From Armatimonadota bacterium (GTDB taxonomy: Bacteria; Armatimonadota; UBA5829), in contig JARYME010000001.1 in the NCBI GenBank assembly GCA_029907315.1, positions 15,613 to 79,612 on the forward strand: 64,000 bases of DNA, given 5' to 3'. Positions 1 to 8,733 of this stretch are shown in pieces; the first letter of the stretch is position 1; each line of letters begins with the position of its first letter. The position numbers and the translations under genes were made by a program. The notes under the pieces are model-generated. The model was given only the letters and a program-made list of their open reading frames with translations, ran no database searches and had not been told where the DNA came from.

Positions 1-1
1 A

Positions 2-1099
2 TATCACGCTGGATTACAAGCTGTAGAGGACACCCTGGATTTGTGCTCCGGCTGCGCAACGTGCACTGATGTGTGTCCGGTCGGTGTCGACGTGCCAGGA
101 ATGATCCTCGAACTTAGGCGGCGCGTCGGTGAAGACAAAGGCCTAGGTTTGGCTACGCGGGCAGGGGTTTCTCTTATTAAGCACCCTCACCTCTTATATG
201 AAACGGCGAGGCTCGCGCGTGCTTTACAGCGTCCTGTTCTTCGATCCGATGGCACACTGCGTAACCTCTCGCTTTTCTCAAAAATGTTTCTCGACAGACG
301 ATGGCCGGGTTTGGCAAGGACGTTTCTGCGGGAGACCCTGCCTGTAGTGCAGAACGAGACGGGTAGTCCGAGGGTCGGGTTTTTTGCAGGTTGCCTTATA
401 GATTTCGTGTATCCCGAAATTGGACTGGCGATTTCAAATGTGGTAACTAGAACTGGGGCAGCCTTGTTGTATCCGGCTGAGCAATCCTGTTGCGGTGCGC
501 CTGCTCTTTACTTGGGCGACTTTGCCACGGCTCGCAAGCTCGCCGTTGATACTATAGAAAACTTCCAGCAGTTTTCCGTTGACTACGTAGTGACCGCCTG
601 TCCGACGTGTGCAGTGATGCTTAAGTATCAATTCCCCAGGTTGCTAAAAGACACTGAGTGGTACGAGCGTGCTGTTGAGTTGTCTTGCAAGATTGCGGAT
701 TTCTGTCAGTTAGCTTCTGAGGTTGTGCCGAACGGTATTTTCTCGAAAGGTGCCCAGTCGAATGAGAAAGTGGCTTACCACAGCCCGTGTCATCAGAAGC
801 GCACTCTGAAGACGTCGGATTTCTCGATAAATCTGATAAGCGCAGCCGGGTTTTCACTTGTGGATATGCCGGACGCAGAGGAATGCTGTGGTTTTGCCGG
901 CACGTACGCCGTCAAGCAGCCTGATGTTTCGGCTGCTATATTGAGCAGAAAGCTGGACTCAATTTTGGCGTCCGAAGCCGATGTAGTGGTGGCCGATTGC
1001 CCCGGCTGCATTATGCAGATCCGAAGCGGTCTGGCCGCTAGAGGCAGCTCAGTAAACGTTGTTCATAGTGCGCAATTGTTGTCCGAACGCATCGGTTGA
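2..1099 (+). CDS. (Fe-S)-binding protein with two cysteine-rich CCG domains (GlcF / LutA / HdrD-like), 5' partial
   Basis: The frame is open from the window edge, and the listed M at 41 is really TTG, so the gene continues upstream. It has a CxxCxxCxxxCP ferredoxin-like motif (CSGCATCTDVCP) followed by two CCG motifs (AEQSCCGAP, AEECCGFAG), as in glycolate oxidase GlcF and heterodisulfide reductase D. Confidence 0.6.
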   Translation, partial: YHAGLQAVEDTLDLCSGCATCTDVCPVGVDVPGMILELRRRVGEDKGLGLATRAGVSLIKHPHLLYETARLARALQRPVLRSDGTLRNLSLFSKMFLDRRWPGLARTFLRETLPVVQNETGSPRVGFFAGCLIDFVYPEIGLAISNVVTRTGAALLYPAEQSCCGAPALYLGDFATARKLAVDTIENFQQFSVDYVVTACPTCAVMLKYQFPRLLKDTEWYERAVELSCKIADFCQLASEVVPNGIFSKGAQSNEKVAYHSPCHQKRTLKTSDFSINLISAAGFSLVDMPDAEECCGFAGTYAVKQPDVSAAILSRKLDSILASEADVVVADCPGCIMQIRSGLAARGSSVNVVHSAQLLSERIG

Positions 1100-1103
1100 A
1101 AAG

Positions 1104-2552
1104 ATGGCATACTCTGATTTGCGGGATTTCATTTCGAAGCTTGAAAGTGAGGGGGAGCTCGTCCGCATTCGCCACCCTGTCAGCCCAGAACTCGAAGTGA
1201 CCGAAATCACCGATAGGGTGGTGAAGTCCGGCGGTCCTGCTTTGCTGTTCGAAAACGTCGCCGGTTCAAGCGTTCCTATTCTGACCAACCAATTCGGAAC
1301 AATGCGCCGAATGGCTCTGGCCCTTGGAGTAGAGGAGATCGATACTGTTGCCAAGGAGATTGAATCGCTTCTTAAGACGGAGGCGCCGGGTAGTTTCCTA
1401 GAGAAGCTCAAAGCCTTACCGAAGCTAGCACGTTTGGCGGATGCATTTCCAAAGACGGTGCGGACCGCTCCATGCCAGGAGGTTGTAAAAGAAGGCAGTG
1501 ACGCAAGTCTAGATTGTTTCCCCATACTGAAGTGCTGGCCGGGTGATGGAGGCCGCTTCATTACGCTTCCGATGGTGTTTACCAAAGATCCTGAAACCGG
1601 ACGTAGAAACGTCGGTATGTACCGTATGCATGTGTACGACGAGCGAACCACGGGGATGCACTGGCACATTCACAAAGTTGGTGCTCGACACTACGCGGAG
1701 TACGAGAGACGCAATCAAAGGATGGAAGTAGCCGTTGCGCTCGGCGGTGATCCGGCTATCACTTACGCCGCTACTGCTCCGCTACCGGAAGATTTCGACG
1801 AAATGATCTTTGCGGGTTTCCTGAGGAAAGAACCGGTTCGGTTAGTGAAGTGCAAGACTGTTGACCAGGAGGTTCCTGCAGACGCAGAAATCGTTTTAGA
1901 AGGATATGTTGATCCTTACGAACGCCGGCTCGAAGGTCCGTTCGGAGATCACACGGGATACTACTCACCTGCAGATTATTACCCCGTCTTCCATATCACG
2001 TGTATAACTCACCGCCGCAATCCGATCTATCCTGCGACAGTTGTAGGCAAGCCTCCAATGGAGGACTGCTTCCTGGCAAAGGCTACAGAACGCATATTTC
2101 TTCCCCTGCTGCGAGCTCAGCTTCCTGAAATAGTCGATATCAACCTGCCGATCGAGGGTGTATTTCACAACTTAGCTTTCATTTCCATACGCAAGCGCTA
2201 TCCTATGCAAGCTCGCAAGGTTATGCATGCTCTGTGGGGATTGGGGCAGATGATGTTTACAAAGATCCTGGTGATTTTGGACCAAGATGTGGACGTGCAG
2301 AACACAGCGGACGTTTTGTGGCGTCTAGGAAACAACGTTGATCCCAAACGCGACGTAGTATTCGTAGAAGGTCCGGTCGACGTTCTTGACCACGCGTCTC
2401 CTCAACCACTTTACGGCTCGAAGATGGGTATAGACGCCACTAAGAAGCTTCCCGGAGAAGGGCACCCGCGCGAGTGGCCTGAGCAGATAGCGATGACTGC
2501 GGATGTCAAGGCTCGGATAGATGCTATTTGGGAGGAACTAGGTATTGGGTAG
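1104..2552 (+). CDS. UbiD-family (prFMN-dependent) decarboxylase, likely the menaquinone/futalosine late-step decarboxylase (MqnL-like)
   Basis: About 480 aa with the conserved UbiD core. The ATG at 1104 (MAYSDLRDFISKLE) lies 5 nt after the upstream stop. It sits in an operon with UbiX, UbiA and mqn genes. Confidence 0.7.
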   Translation: MAYSDLRDFISKLESEGELVRIRHPVSPELEVTEITDRVVKSGGPALLFENVAGSSVPILTNQFGTMRRMALALGVEEIDTVAKEIESLLKTEAPGSFLEKLKALPKLARLADAFPKTVRTAPCQEVVKEGSDASLDCFPILKCWPGDGGRFITLPMVFTKDPETGRRNVGMYRMHVYDERTTGMHWHIHKVGARHYAEYERRNQRMEVAVALGGDPAITYAATAPLPEDFDEMIFAGFLRKEPVRLVKCKTVDQEVPADAEIVLEGYVDPYERRLEGPFGDHTGYYSPADYYPVFHITCITHRRNPIYPATVVGKPPMEDCFLAKATERIFLPLLRAQLPEIVDINLPIEGVFHNLAFISIRKRYPMQARKVMHALWGLGQMMFTKILVILDQDVDVQNTADVLWRLGNNVDPKRDVVFVEGPVDVLDHASPQPLYGSKMGIDATKKLPGEGHPREWPEQIAMTADVKARIDAIWEELGIG

Positions 2553-3129
2553 AGAGAGACGCTTATTTGTTGCTATCACCGGTGCAAGCGGGATGGTGTA
2601 CGCTCAAAGGCTGCTGAGTGTGTTGCCTGAGGCATATCATCGCGTTTATGTAACGGCGTCGGATAATGCTCTAGATATTATGCGCGATGAACTTGGTGTG
2701 CACAGCTTGGAAGAGCTGATTCCAAAAGGAGTTGGATCAAGCTTCAGCGTGTTTTCCCCTGCGGATTTGTACGCACCGCCCGCGAGTGGTTCCCACGATT
2801 ATGAGGGCATGGTCATTGTGCCATGTTCGGTCGGAGTAGTGGGACGCGTAGCAGCCGGCGTGTCGAATGACCTCGTGACTCGGGCAGCCGACGTATGCCT
2901 GAAGGAGCGGCGGAAATTGGTTCTTGTCTTACGCGAAACGCCGCTGAACCTCGTTCACATTCGAAACTTGGCACTGCTTGCGGAAGCGGGTGCGATTGTT
3001 CTTCCAGCTTCACCTGCTTTCTATCACAAGCCTCAGAAACTAGATGATGTGGTCGACTACGTTGTTGATAAGATCCTCTGTGTACTGAATGCGGGAACGA
3101 GGTTGATGCCAGAGTGGTGCGAGCGATGA
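2545..3129 (+). CDS. ubiX: UbiX-family flavin prenyltransferase (prFMN synthase, MqnM-like)
   Basis: 194 aa. The N-terminal VAITGASG flavoprotein motif is typical of UbiX/Pad1. The TTG start overlaps the ubiD stop by 8 nt. Confidence 0.7.
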   Translation: MGRERRLFVAITGASGMVYAQRLLSVLPEAYHRVYVTASDNALDIMRDELGVHSLEELIPKGVGSSFSVFSPADLYAPPASGSHDYEGMVIVPCSVGVVGRVAAGVSNDLVTRAADVCLKERRKLVLVLRETPLNLVHIRNLALLAEAGAIVLPASPAFYHKPQKLDDVVDYVVDKILCVLNAGTRLMPEWCER

Positions 3130-3989
3130 CACGGCCCTGGGCAAAGCTCTTGGTCATCTTGGAAATGATCAAGTTCGAACACACAGTCTTCGCGCTGCCC
3201 TTTGCGTTGGCGTCTGCTTTAGTTGCTTCACATGGGTTACCAAGTGGGAGAACACTTGGTTTGATACTGATGGCGATGGTCGGAGCGCGAAGTGCGGCAA
3301 TGGCTTTCAACAGAATAGTTGATGTTCGTCTCGACGCACTAAACCCCAGAACGGCTAACAGAGCACTGCCCAGAAACTTGGTTTCGAGAGGTGCGGCTTG
3401 GGCTCTTGTTGTCGGGGGATCTGCGATGCTCTTAATTGCCGCGTGTTTATTGAATCCGCTTGCGTGTGCGTTGTCACCTGTGGCATTGGCAGTAGTGTTG
3501 GGCTATTCATACTCAAAGCGCTTCACGAGTCTTTCCCATCTTTGGTTGGGGCTCGCTCTGGGCATCGCGCCGGTTGGCGCCTGGGTCGCCGTTAAAGGGG
3601 AAATAGGGTTTCCGTCTATGGTTCTGAGCGCGGCGGTGATTTTGTGGACAGCCGGGTTCGACATAATATATGCACTTCAGGACTTGGAGTTTGACAGACG
3701 TTTCGGTCTCTTCTCGCTGCCTGCAAGAATGGGTCCGTCAAGAGCTCTTTTGGTCTCAAGGGCATTTCACGTAGGGGCAACGATTCTCCTTATTTTGTTT
3801 GGATTCCTGTGCAAGCTTGGCGTCTGGTACTATGTCGGTGTTGGCCTCGCTGCTGGGTCACTCCTATATGAACAAAGCATTGTTTCTCCGGACGACTTGA
3901 GTCGGGTGAACGCTGCTTTTTTCAACGCTAACGGCGTGGTGAGCATCGCAATATTGGCATTTGTGGCCTTGGACTTGTATGCACGATGA
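3126..3989 (+). CDS. UbiA-family polyprenyltransferase (MqnP / MenA-like, 1,4-dihydroxy-6-naphthoate prenyltransferase candidate)
   Basis: About 288 aa polytopic membrane protein with a UbiA-like hydrophobic profile. An ATGA start-stop overlap links it to ubiX and to the next gene. A GTG at 3114 is an alternative start. Confidence 0.6.
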   Translation: MTRPWAKLLVILEMIKFEHTVFALPFALASALVASHGLPSGRTLGLILMAMVGARSAAMAFNRIVDVRLDALNPRTANRALPRNLVSRGAAWALVVGGSAMLLIAACLLNPLACALSPVALAVVLGYSYSKRFTSLSHLWLGLALGIAPVGAWVAVKGEIGFPSMVLSAAVILWTAGFDIIYALQDLEFDRRFGLFSLPARMGPSRALLVSRAFHVGATILLILFGFLCKLGVWYYVGVGLAAGSLLYEQSIVSPDDLSRVNAAFFNANGVVSIAILAFVALDLYAR

Positions 3990-5122
3990 TGTTTGAAGAC
4001 ATATTTCAGAACAGTGACGTTGGAGATATTCTGCTGCGTGTGCTGGATGGCGAACGACTCAGTTTTGAGGACGGTGTAAGACTCTTCCGCTCCGCGGATT
4101 TGCCTGCTATTGGCGCTGCAGCCAACATCGTCCGACATAGGCTCAACGGCAACCGCACTTACTACGTGGTTAATAGGCACATCAACTACACTGATGTGTG
4201 CAAGAACGAATGCCGATTTTGTGCCTTCTACAAGTCGCCTAGCGATCCAAGTGCTGTAAGAATGACCATCTCAGAGGTGTTGGATCGTGCAGCAGAAATG
4301 TATGAGCACCTGAAGTTCACAGAGCTGCACATCGTGGGCGGCTGCAATCCTGATCTGCCCTTCGACTATTATACGAACCTGCTTTCGGCGCTTAGAGAGA
4401 GATTTCCCGGCGTTCACCTGCAGGCGTTTACAGCAGTGGAAATCGCTCACATTGCTGACGTGGGTCGCATGACTATTAGGGAGACGCTGAAGGCACTTCA
4501 GGAGGCTGGGTTGGGTTCTATTCCTGGCGGCGGTGCGGAAGTTTTCTCAAGTAGAGTGCGCGACGCGTTGTGTCCGAACAAACTTCCGGCAGAAAAATGG
4601 CTTGAAGTGATGAGGGAAGCCCATTTGCTGGGCATCAAGAGCAACGCAACAATGCTCTATGGGCACATAGAAACGGATGCTGAGAGGGTGGAGCACTTGA
4701 TCAAACTTCGCGAGCTTCAAGATGAAACGCACGGATTTATGGCATTCATACCGCTGAAGTTTCACGTGGATAACACACGCGTAGGAGAAGGATTGCGGAG
4801 ACAGAGCTCGACCGACGATCTCAAGTTATTCGCCATCTCGCGATTGATACTGGACAATTTTCCACACATAAAGGCTTTCTGGATAATGCTGGGAGTTAAG
4901 CTTGCCCAGGTCGCCCTAAGTTTTGGTGCTGACGACTTTGATGGCACGGTGGTTGAGGAGCACATAACGCATCGCGCTGGCGCGAAGACACCTGAGAGCC
5001 TTACGCCTCAGGAAATACGCAGACTGATCTCTGAAACCGGCACTGTGCCAGTCGAACGCGACACATTATACAACGAGGTAACACGTGATGAGACTGGGAT
5101 GCCTGCCATACTTAAATGTTAG
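3986..5122 (+). CDS. Radical SAM enzyme of the MqnC/MqnE family (aminofutalosine synthase or cyclic dehypoxanthinyl-futalosine synthase)
   Basis: 378 aa with a CxxxCxxC radical SAM motif (CKNECRFCAF) in the MqnC/MqnE arrangement. It is a paralog of the gene at 5876-6952 and overlaps ubiA by ATGA. Confidence 0.65.
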   Translation: MMFEDIFQNSDVGDILLRVLDGERLSFEDGVRLFRSADLPAIGAAANIVRHRLNGNRTYYVVNRHINYTDVCKNECRFCAFYKSPSDPSAVRMTISEVLDRAAEMYEHLKFTELHIVGGCNPDLPFDYYTNLLSALRERFPGVHLQAFTAVEIAHIADVGRMTIRETLKALQEAGLGSIPGGGAEVFSSRVRDALCPNKLPAEKWLEVMREAHLLGIKSNATMLYGHIETDAERVEHLIKLRELQDETHGFMAFIPLKFHVDNTRVGEGLRRQSSTDDLKLFAISRLILDNFPHIKAFWIMLGVKLAQVALSFGADDFDGTVVEEHITHRAGAKTPESLTPQEIRRLISETGTVPVERDTLYNEVTRDETGMPAILKC

Positions 5123-5879
5123 GCCGTTGGTGCATTATCTCGAACAAGGAGGGCTTCCACGGGGGTGGGAGTTGGTGTATGCACCGCCGTCCCAATTGGC
5201 AAGAATGCTCCTACTGGAAGAAATCGCCGCTGCGCCGGTTTCAAGCTATGCTGTGTTGGCAAATCCGCAGCTCAGCGTTTGTCCAGGTATTTGCATCAGT
5301 TCGGACGGCCCGGTCAAGAGTGTGCTGATGTTTTCTAAGGTGCCTATACCGGAAGTGAGAGTGGTTGCGCTTGACACGAGTAGTCTTTCGGGTGCGAACA
5401 TGTTGAAGATAATCCTTGCGGAGATGTATGACGTGCATCCCGACTTTCGGTTGACCGCGCCGGAAAAAGCTTCGGAAGCTCTTCAGTTATCCGACGCCGT
5501 GTTTTTGATTGGCGATACTGCAATGCTGCACCCAAAGGATGGGCTCATTGTTCTGGATGTTGGAGAGGAATGGAAAAGGCTTGCCGGTCTTCCTGCCGTG
5601 TTTGCGCTGTGGGCCGGGGTGGGGCTGTCGCCACAGCTGGTTGGCATTCTGCTGCACAGTCGCGATGAGGGTATGCGGAATATTGAAAGCATTGCCCGCG
5701 AAGAAGCAATTCGCCTCGAGTTGCCGTATGAAGTGTCCTACGACTACTTGGCACACACAATCAGATACAACCTTGGGGAGTCGGAGATGCTTAGCCTGAA
5801 TGTATTTCGGGAGAAGTGCATTGCACACGGGCTTTTGGACGAACGCACTTGCCGAAATACAGAGATTCTCGCGAGATGA
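5088..5879 (+). CDS. mqnA: MqnA/MqnD-family protein (chorismate dehydratase / 1,4-dihydroxy-6-naphthoate synthase family)
   Basis: About 263 aa in the periplasmic-binding-like MqnA/D fold family (N-terminus LGCLPYLNVRPL). It overlaps the upstream gene by about 35 nt and the downstream gene by ATGA. Confidence 0.55.
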   Translation: MRLGCLPYLNVRPLVHYLEQGGLPRGWELVYAPPSQLARMLLLEEIAAAPVSSYAVLANPQLSVCPGICISSDGPVKSVLMFSKVPIPEVRVVALDTSSLSGANMLKIILAEMYDVHPDFRLTAPEKASEALQLSDAVFLIGDTAMLHPKDGLIVLDVGEEWKRLAGLPAVFALWAGVGLSPQLVGILLHSRDEGMRNIESIAREEAIRLELPYEVSYDYLAHTIRYNLGESEMLSLNVFREKCIAHGLLDERTCRNTEILAR

Positions 5880-6952
5880 GTGCTCAAGTTTCTGAGATAC
5901 TTCGGAAGGCGACAAACGGAACTCGCATATCTTCGGAGGAAGCGCTTACGCTCTTTGCCGAAGCGGCATTGCCTGAGCTGGCGTGGGCTGCTGAGCAAAT
6001 ATGTCAGTCCAAACATCCGGAGAATGTGAGAACCTACGTTATCGATAGGAATATTAACTACACGAATGTCTGTATTTCAGGATGTGCTTTCTGCGCGTTC
6101 TTTAGACCTCCAGGGCATCCGGAAGGCTATGTCCTTTCGATCGATGAAATACTCCGCAAGGTCTCTGAGGCAGTGAATCTGGGCGCGACGCAAATCTTGA
6201 TGCAAGGTGGTTTGCATCCAGACCTGGACGTGGCCTACTTCGAATCTTTATTCCGGGAAATAAAGAAACAATTCAGCGTGCACCTGCACTCTCTTTCTGC
6301 TCCGGAAATCGTTCACATAGCACGCATATCGGGATTGTCGGTTCGCGAAACTCTCAAACGACTCCAGGCAGCCGGATTAGACTCTTTGCCTGGAGGGGGC
6401 GCTGAGATACTGGTCGACTCGGTTCGGCGAAGGCTCAGCCCGAGAAAATGCAGGGTTGACGAATGGGTGCAAGTTATGCGGATTGCTTCCGAACTGAATA
6501 TGAAAGGTACAGCCACAATGGTCTTCGGCATGGGGGAGTCGTTCGCCGATAGAGTTGCACACCTGACTGCAGTTCGAGACCTTCAGGATGAGACCGGCGT
6601 GTTCACTGCATTCATACCGTGGACATATCAGCCTGGTAATACTACGCTGGGAGGAGACAGTGTAGGCGGGCACGATTACCTTCGCACGCTAGCCGTATCC
6701 AGAATTTATTTGGACAACATCCATAACATCCAAGCGTCTTGGGTTACACAAGGGGCGCAGGTTGCCGAACTTGCTCTGCGTTTTGGAGCGAATGACGCGG
6801 GCAGCACGATGATAGAAGAGAACGTTGTGGCCGCAACCGGCGTGTCTTACAAAATGGACGAACGAGGGTTAGTAGATCTTATTCACAGAGCCGGTTATCG
6901 AGCCGCTCAGCGCACCACATTGTATGAGATTGTGAAACTGCACGAAGCTTGA
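5876..6952 (+). CDS. Radical SAM enzyme, MqnC/MqnE family (second paralog)
   Basis: CxxxCxxC motif (CISGCAFCAFF), with clear paralogy to 3986-5122 (shared NINYTNVC, GGGAE and FIP motifs). The start at 5876 overlaps the mqnA stop (ATGA). Confidence 0.65.
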   Translation: MSAQVSEILRKATNGTRISSEEALTLFAEAALPELAWAAEQICQSKHPENVRTYVIDRNINYTNVCISGCAFCAFFRPPGHPEGYVLSIDEILRKVSEAVNLGATQILMQGGLHPDLDVAYFESLFREIKKQFSVHLHSLSAPEIVHIARISGLSVRETLKRLQAAGLDSLPGGGAEILVDSVRRRLSPRKCRVDEWVQVMRIASELNMKGTATMVFGMGESFADRVAHLTAVRDLQDETGVFTAFIPWTYQPGNTTLGGDSVGGHDYLRTLAVSRIYLDNIHNIQASWVTQGAQVAELALRFGANDAGSTMIEENVVAATGVSYKMDERGLVDLIHRAGYRAAQRTTLYEIVKLHEA

Positions 6953-6973
6953 AAAGTGGAGAGCACAGCTGGA

Positions 6974-7840
6974 ATGCGTTTCGCTGTTATTGCTGGCAGC
7001 CAGGGGTTCAGGTGGTTAGAGAAGCTGCAAGGTCGAGCTGATCGGATCGGTCCGGTGGCAACTCCGTTCGGGAGTTCCGCTCCGGTGTACTCTTTTGTGG
7101 AGAACGGAATTGAGATCCTACTTCTGTCGCGCCATGGAGAGCGTGGTTATGAAGTGTCGGCGCCATTTGTAAACTACCGTGCCAATATTTGGGCGCTCAA
7201 AGAGCTGGGAGCAGAAAGGATCATTGCGTGGTCTGGTCCGGGAGCCATAGATCGTAGCATATCGGTTGGAGAGATTGTTGTTCCGGATGATGTTGTAGAC
7301 GAAACTAGGCGAAGACCCGGCACGTTCTATGAGGGACTAGGTATCGGGTTTATCCGCCAAAACCCTGTGTTCTGCCCTGAAATCGCTGCAGGCTTGAGGC
7401 AAGCGGTAATTCGTAAGCAAGGATACTGCCGCGAGCGCGACGTCTACGTGTGTACCGAGGGACCCAGACTCGAGACCGTCGCTGAGATTCGCAAGATGGC
7501 ATTATACGGTGGTACACTTGTTGGCATGACCGTTTGTCCTGAGGTTTTTCTTGCACGCGAGCTTGAGATTTGCTACTGTCCAGTGTGCTACGTGTCGAAT
7601 TATGCTGAAGGTACCGTGGATCGACCATACGTTGTCGGCGAGCTGTTCGAAGGCATGCTTACGGCGGAGGAGAGGGCAAGGGTGGATGAAGCAGTTGCGC
7701 TTCTTCCGGAGATCATCCTGGAAGCCTTTGCAGGATTGCCAAAAGCTCGATCCTGTCCGTGCGGTCGATCGATGGAACGTTATCGAAGGCGCGGCGACAT
7801 TGGAGACGATTGGCACACGTGGATCAGCAAATCAGTTTGA
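6974..7840 (+). CDS. mtnP: Purine nucleoside phosphorylase of the MTAP family (5'-methylthioadenosine / 5'-deoxyadenosine phosphorylase-like)
   Basis: A VNYRANIWALKELGAERIIAWSGPGAI block typical of MTAP/PNP family 2, with a GS-rich N-terminus (VIAGSQG). Size fits (about 288 aa). It is the last gene of the mqn operon. Confidence 0.6.
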   Translation: MRFAVIAGSQGFRWLEKLQGRADRIGPVATPFGSSAPVYSFVENGIEILLLSRHGERGYEVSAPFVNYRANIWALKELGAERIIAWSGPGAIDRSISVGEIVVPDDVVDETRRRPGTFYEGLGIGFIRQNPVFCPEIAAGLRQAVIRKQGYCRERDVYVCTEGPRLETVAEIRKMALYGGTLVGMTVCPEVFLARELEICYCPVCYVSNYAEGTVDRPYVVGELFEGMLTAEERARVDEAVALLPEIILEAFAGLPKARSCPCGRSMERYRRRGDIGDDWHTWISKSV

Positions 7841-7938
7841 GTGTTCTGGCTTTGTTGCTTCTGGTTTGGAGGGGATACCTGTTCGCAAGCTCAGGCAAAT
7901 ATTGAGCACAGGATGTAAAGGGAGTTTGGGTAGCATCT

Positions 7939-8733
7939 ATGAACATACTAGTCACAAACGACGACGGCATACATGCAGACGGACTTATTGCCTTGAAGAT
8001 TGCATTGGAGAAAGCGGGTCGCGTTTACGTTGTCGCACCTGACAGACCTCGAAGTGCTTGCGGTCATTCGATCACCCTCCACAAGCCTTTGCGTGCGGAC
8101 GAGGTGAGGCTGCGGGACGGAAGCTTAGCTTATGCCAGCAATGGTACGCCGTCTGACTGCGTCAGCCTGGCTCTGCTTGGTTTGATTAAAGAGCCCATAG
8201 ACCTTGTAGTGGCAGGAATCAACAGGGGTCCAAACCTCGGTTGGGACCTTACTTACTCGGGAACAGTATCGGCGGCAATGGAGGGTGCTATTATGGGAGT
8301 TCAGTCGTTCGCGATATCCGTGACCGCTGACAAAGCGGACGTCGACTATACCCCAACTGCAAACTTCGCAGCACGGTTGGCGGTTCTTCTCCAGGAACGA
8401 CGGCTGCCGGCCGATACTTTGTTGAACGTGAACGTGCCGGCGCTGCCTGCTGAGAAGATCAAAGGTGTTCGGATCACAAGGCAGGGCCAGCGGAGATACA
8501 CCGGAAGCGTTGTCAAGCGACTGGACCCTTCTGGTCGAGCGTACTACTGGTTGGGCGGCGACACTGTGGTAGACAAGATGGATGAGGGGACTGACGTCAA
8601 AGCGATAGCAGACGGATACATTTCGGTAAGCCCGATCCATCTTGACCTCACGGATTATAACACTCTCAGGGAAATGTTTTCTTGGGGTATTCAGGATATC
8701 GATGTCGGAGGTTTGGGCCGAGAGAATAGCTAG
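7939..8733 (+). CDS. surE: 5'/3'-nucleotidase SurE
   Basis: N-terminal MNILVTNDDGIHADGL signature of SurE; 264 aa. Confidence 0.8.
   Translation: MNILVTNDDGIHADGLIALKIALEKAGRVYVVAPDRPRSACGHSITLHKPLRADEVRLRDGSLAYASNGTPSDCVSLALLGLIKEPIDLVVAGINRGPNLGWDLTYSGTVSAAMEGAIMGVQSFAISVTADKADVDYTPTANFAARLAVLLQERRLPADTLLNVNVPALPAEKIKGVRITRQGQRRYTGSVVKRLDPSGRAYYWLGGDTVVDKMDEGTDVKAIADGYISVSPIHLDLTDYNTLREMFSWGIQDIDVGGLGRENS

Noticed and set aside
1049-1669. Numerous 60-200-aa antisense or alternate-frame ORFs throughout the window (for example 1049-1669-, 2813-3310-, 5487-5915-, 8125-8760-, 35723-36313+, 50937-51476-)
   Set aside because: They lie wholly inside strongly supported genes on the other strand or frame. 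They have no motifs, and their composition is typical of spurious ORFs in roughly 55% GC DNA.
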